This document shows, one piece after another, positions 32,997 to 33,624 of a stretch of 33,624 bases of DNA. The stretch's first letter is position 1; each line of letters starts with the position of its first letter. A program made the translations under genes and the position numbers. Below the pieces are notes generated by a model. The model saw nothing but the letters and a program-made list of their open reading frames with translations, did no database searches and was not told the origin of the DNA. Source of the DNA: Paludibacteraceae bacterium (GTDB lineage Bacteria > Bacillota_I > Bacilli_A > RF39 > UBA660); contig CAVCHK010000108.1 of the NCBI GenBank assembly GCA_963601985.1, positions 1 to 33,624 on the forward strand. The letters run 5' to 3'.

Positions 32997-33624
32997 TCAT
33001 TCAATAACTTCTATTAAACTTTCAAAATATCTGCTACCATTATACAATGTCATTTTTATTTTATTAATACTTATCAACCTGTCAATTAAATAAACATACA
33101 TTGTATCATGCATATATACATTCTGCATCAATTTTCCAATCAATTGACACATCTTAACTTTACCCATTGGCTTTAAAGTATCTATAATAAAATTATTATA
33201 AAAATTCATTGAAACTGATTTCACATTTCCAGAATCAATTACTCTTAAATCAGAATTATCACTAACTAAATTGTTCCAAATATTTACATTATTATTTATT
33301 TCTTCATTTGTTAATTTATGTTCTAGTCTAGATAATACTTTTAACTCTTCTTCTTTCATTACACTAGGAGATGGATAATCATTATTATAATCATCACAAT
33401 ATAGAACATATAATTCATAATTATAATCTTTTACAATACTACAAATATACAACATTATCAAATATGAGTAAATATCATTCCTACCAGTCCATACTCTTAT
33501 TTTATTTTTTTGTTTTATATTATCAACAATAATATTATATTCTGATTCAAAATCAACGTTTTTATCTTCCAAAAGTAAATTTTCTGGTATATTTATTTTA
33601 TGATTTCTATAATTAGACAAATCT
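32997..33624 (-). CDS. DUF1835/DUF3658-like protein, partial; N-terminus lies beyond the window end
   Basis: KIRVWTGRNDIYSYLIMLYICSIV resembles the end of DUF1835. WNNLVSDNSDLRVIDSGNVKSVSMNFYNNFIIDTL...LIDRLISINKI resembles DUF3658 (from memory). The frame stays open to nt 33624, so the TTG start at 33620 in the track is probably not the true start. Codon usage is unlike that of the neighbouring genes. Confidence 0.55.
   Translation of the reverse strand, partial: DLSNYRNHKINIPENLLLEDKNVDFESEYNIIVDNIKQKNKIRVWTGRNDIYSYLIMLYICSIVKDYNYELYVLYCDDYNNDYPSPSVMKEEELKVLSRLEHKLTNEEINNNVNIWNNLVSDNSDLRVIDSGNVKSVSMNFYNNFIIDTLKPMGKVKMCQLIGKLMQNVYMHDTMYVYLIDRLISINKIKMTLYNGSRYFESLIEVIE

Noticed and set aside
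1-33624. CRISPR arrays, rRNA or tRNA genes, IS elements, integrases, prophage genes
   Set aside because: I saw no regularly spaced direct repeats, no other GC-rich structured blocks, and no ORF with transposase, recombinase or phage hallmarks. The two foreign-looking segments therefore lack visible mobility genes within the window.
1-33624. Alternative genetic code (UGA as Trp, as in Mycoplasmatota), considered because of the extreme AT content
   Set aside because: TGA terminates well-delimited genes (32041, 32997). Trp is encoded by TGG throughout, and all conserved genes are intact under the standard bacterial code.

Overview
Very AT-rich chromosomal segment whose + strand is strongly G-depleted. 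Gene content suggests a low-GC Bacillota-like bacterium (inference from RNase HIII, ecfA1-ecfA2-ecfT-truA, rpsP-KH, radC-mreC-mreD, Cse60-like and YqfQ-like genes). I support 35 CDS, 33 on the minus strand and 2 on the plus strand (rnhC, yqfQ-like). Most are housekeeping: eno, rpsP, hisS, truA, ECF energizing module, a heterodimeric ABC exporter, mtaB, fhs, murF, parC, mreCD, radC. I recognised no rRNA, tRNA, CRISPR array, transposase or integrase. Points worth a second look: (1) a very strong strand compositional skew that mirrors synonymous codon choice between minus- and plus-strand genes. (2) A ~1.1 kb compositionally foreign islet between parC and murF. It carries one DUF3800-family gene, a locally GC-rich three-hairpin RNA-like element with its own near-consensus promoter and terminator, a perfect 13-bp palindrome and 11-nt flanking inverted repeats. 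(3) A second foreign-looking segment at the right edge (DUF1835/DUF3658-like, partial). (4) A module of polytopic membrane protein, membrane-tethered XRE regulator with a six-Cys ectodomain, and membrane-anchored CPWC thioredoxin-fold protein. (5) A monocistronic TasA/camelysin-like secreted protein next to a monocistronic 368-aa orphan. (6) pilC-pilD without an ATPase or pilins. (7) Both ABC systems show coherent degeneration of one ATP site, and the exporter has a triplicated ~48-aa extracellular insert. One real ORF (1-1231, minus) is missing from the supplied track. Many track ORFs are over-extended at the 5' end past the Shine-Dalgarno-supported start. All family calls come from reading the translations from memory; nothing was searched.
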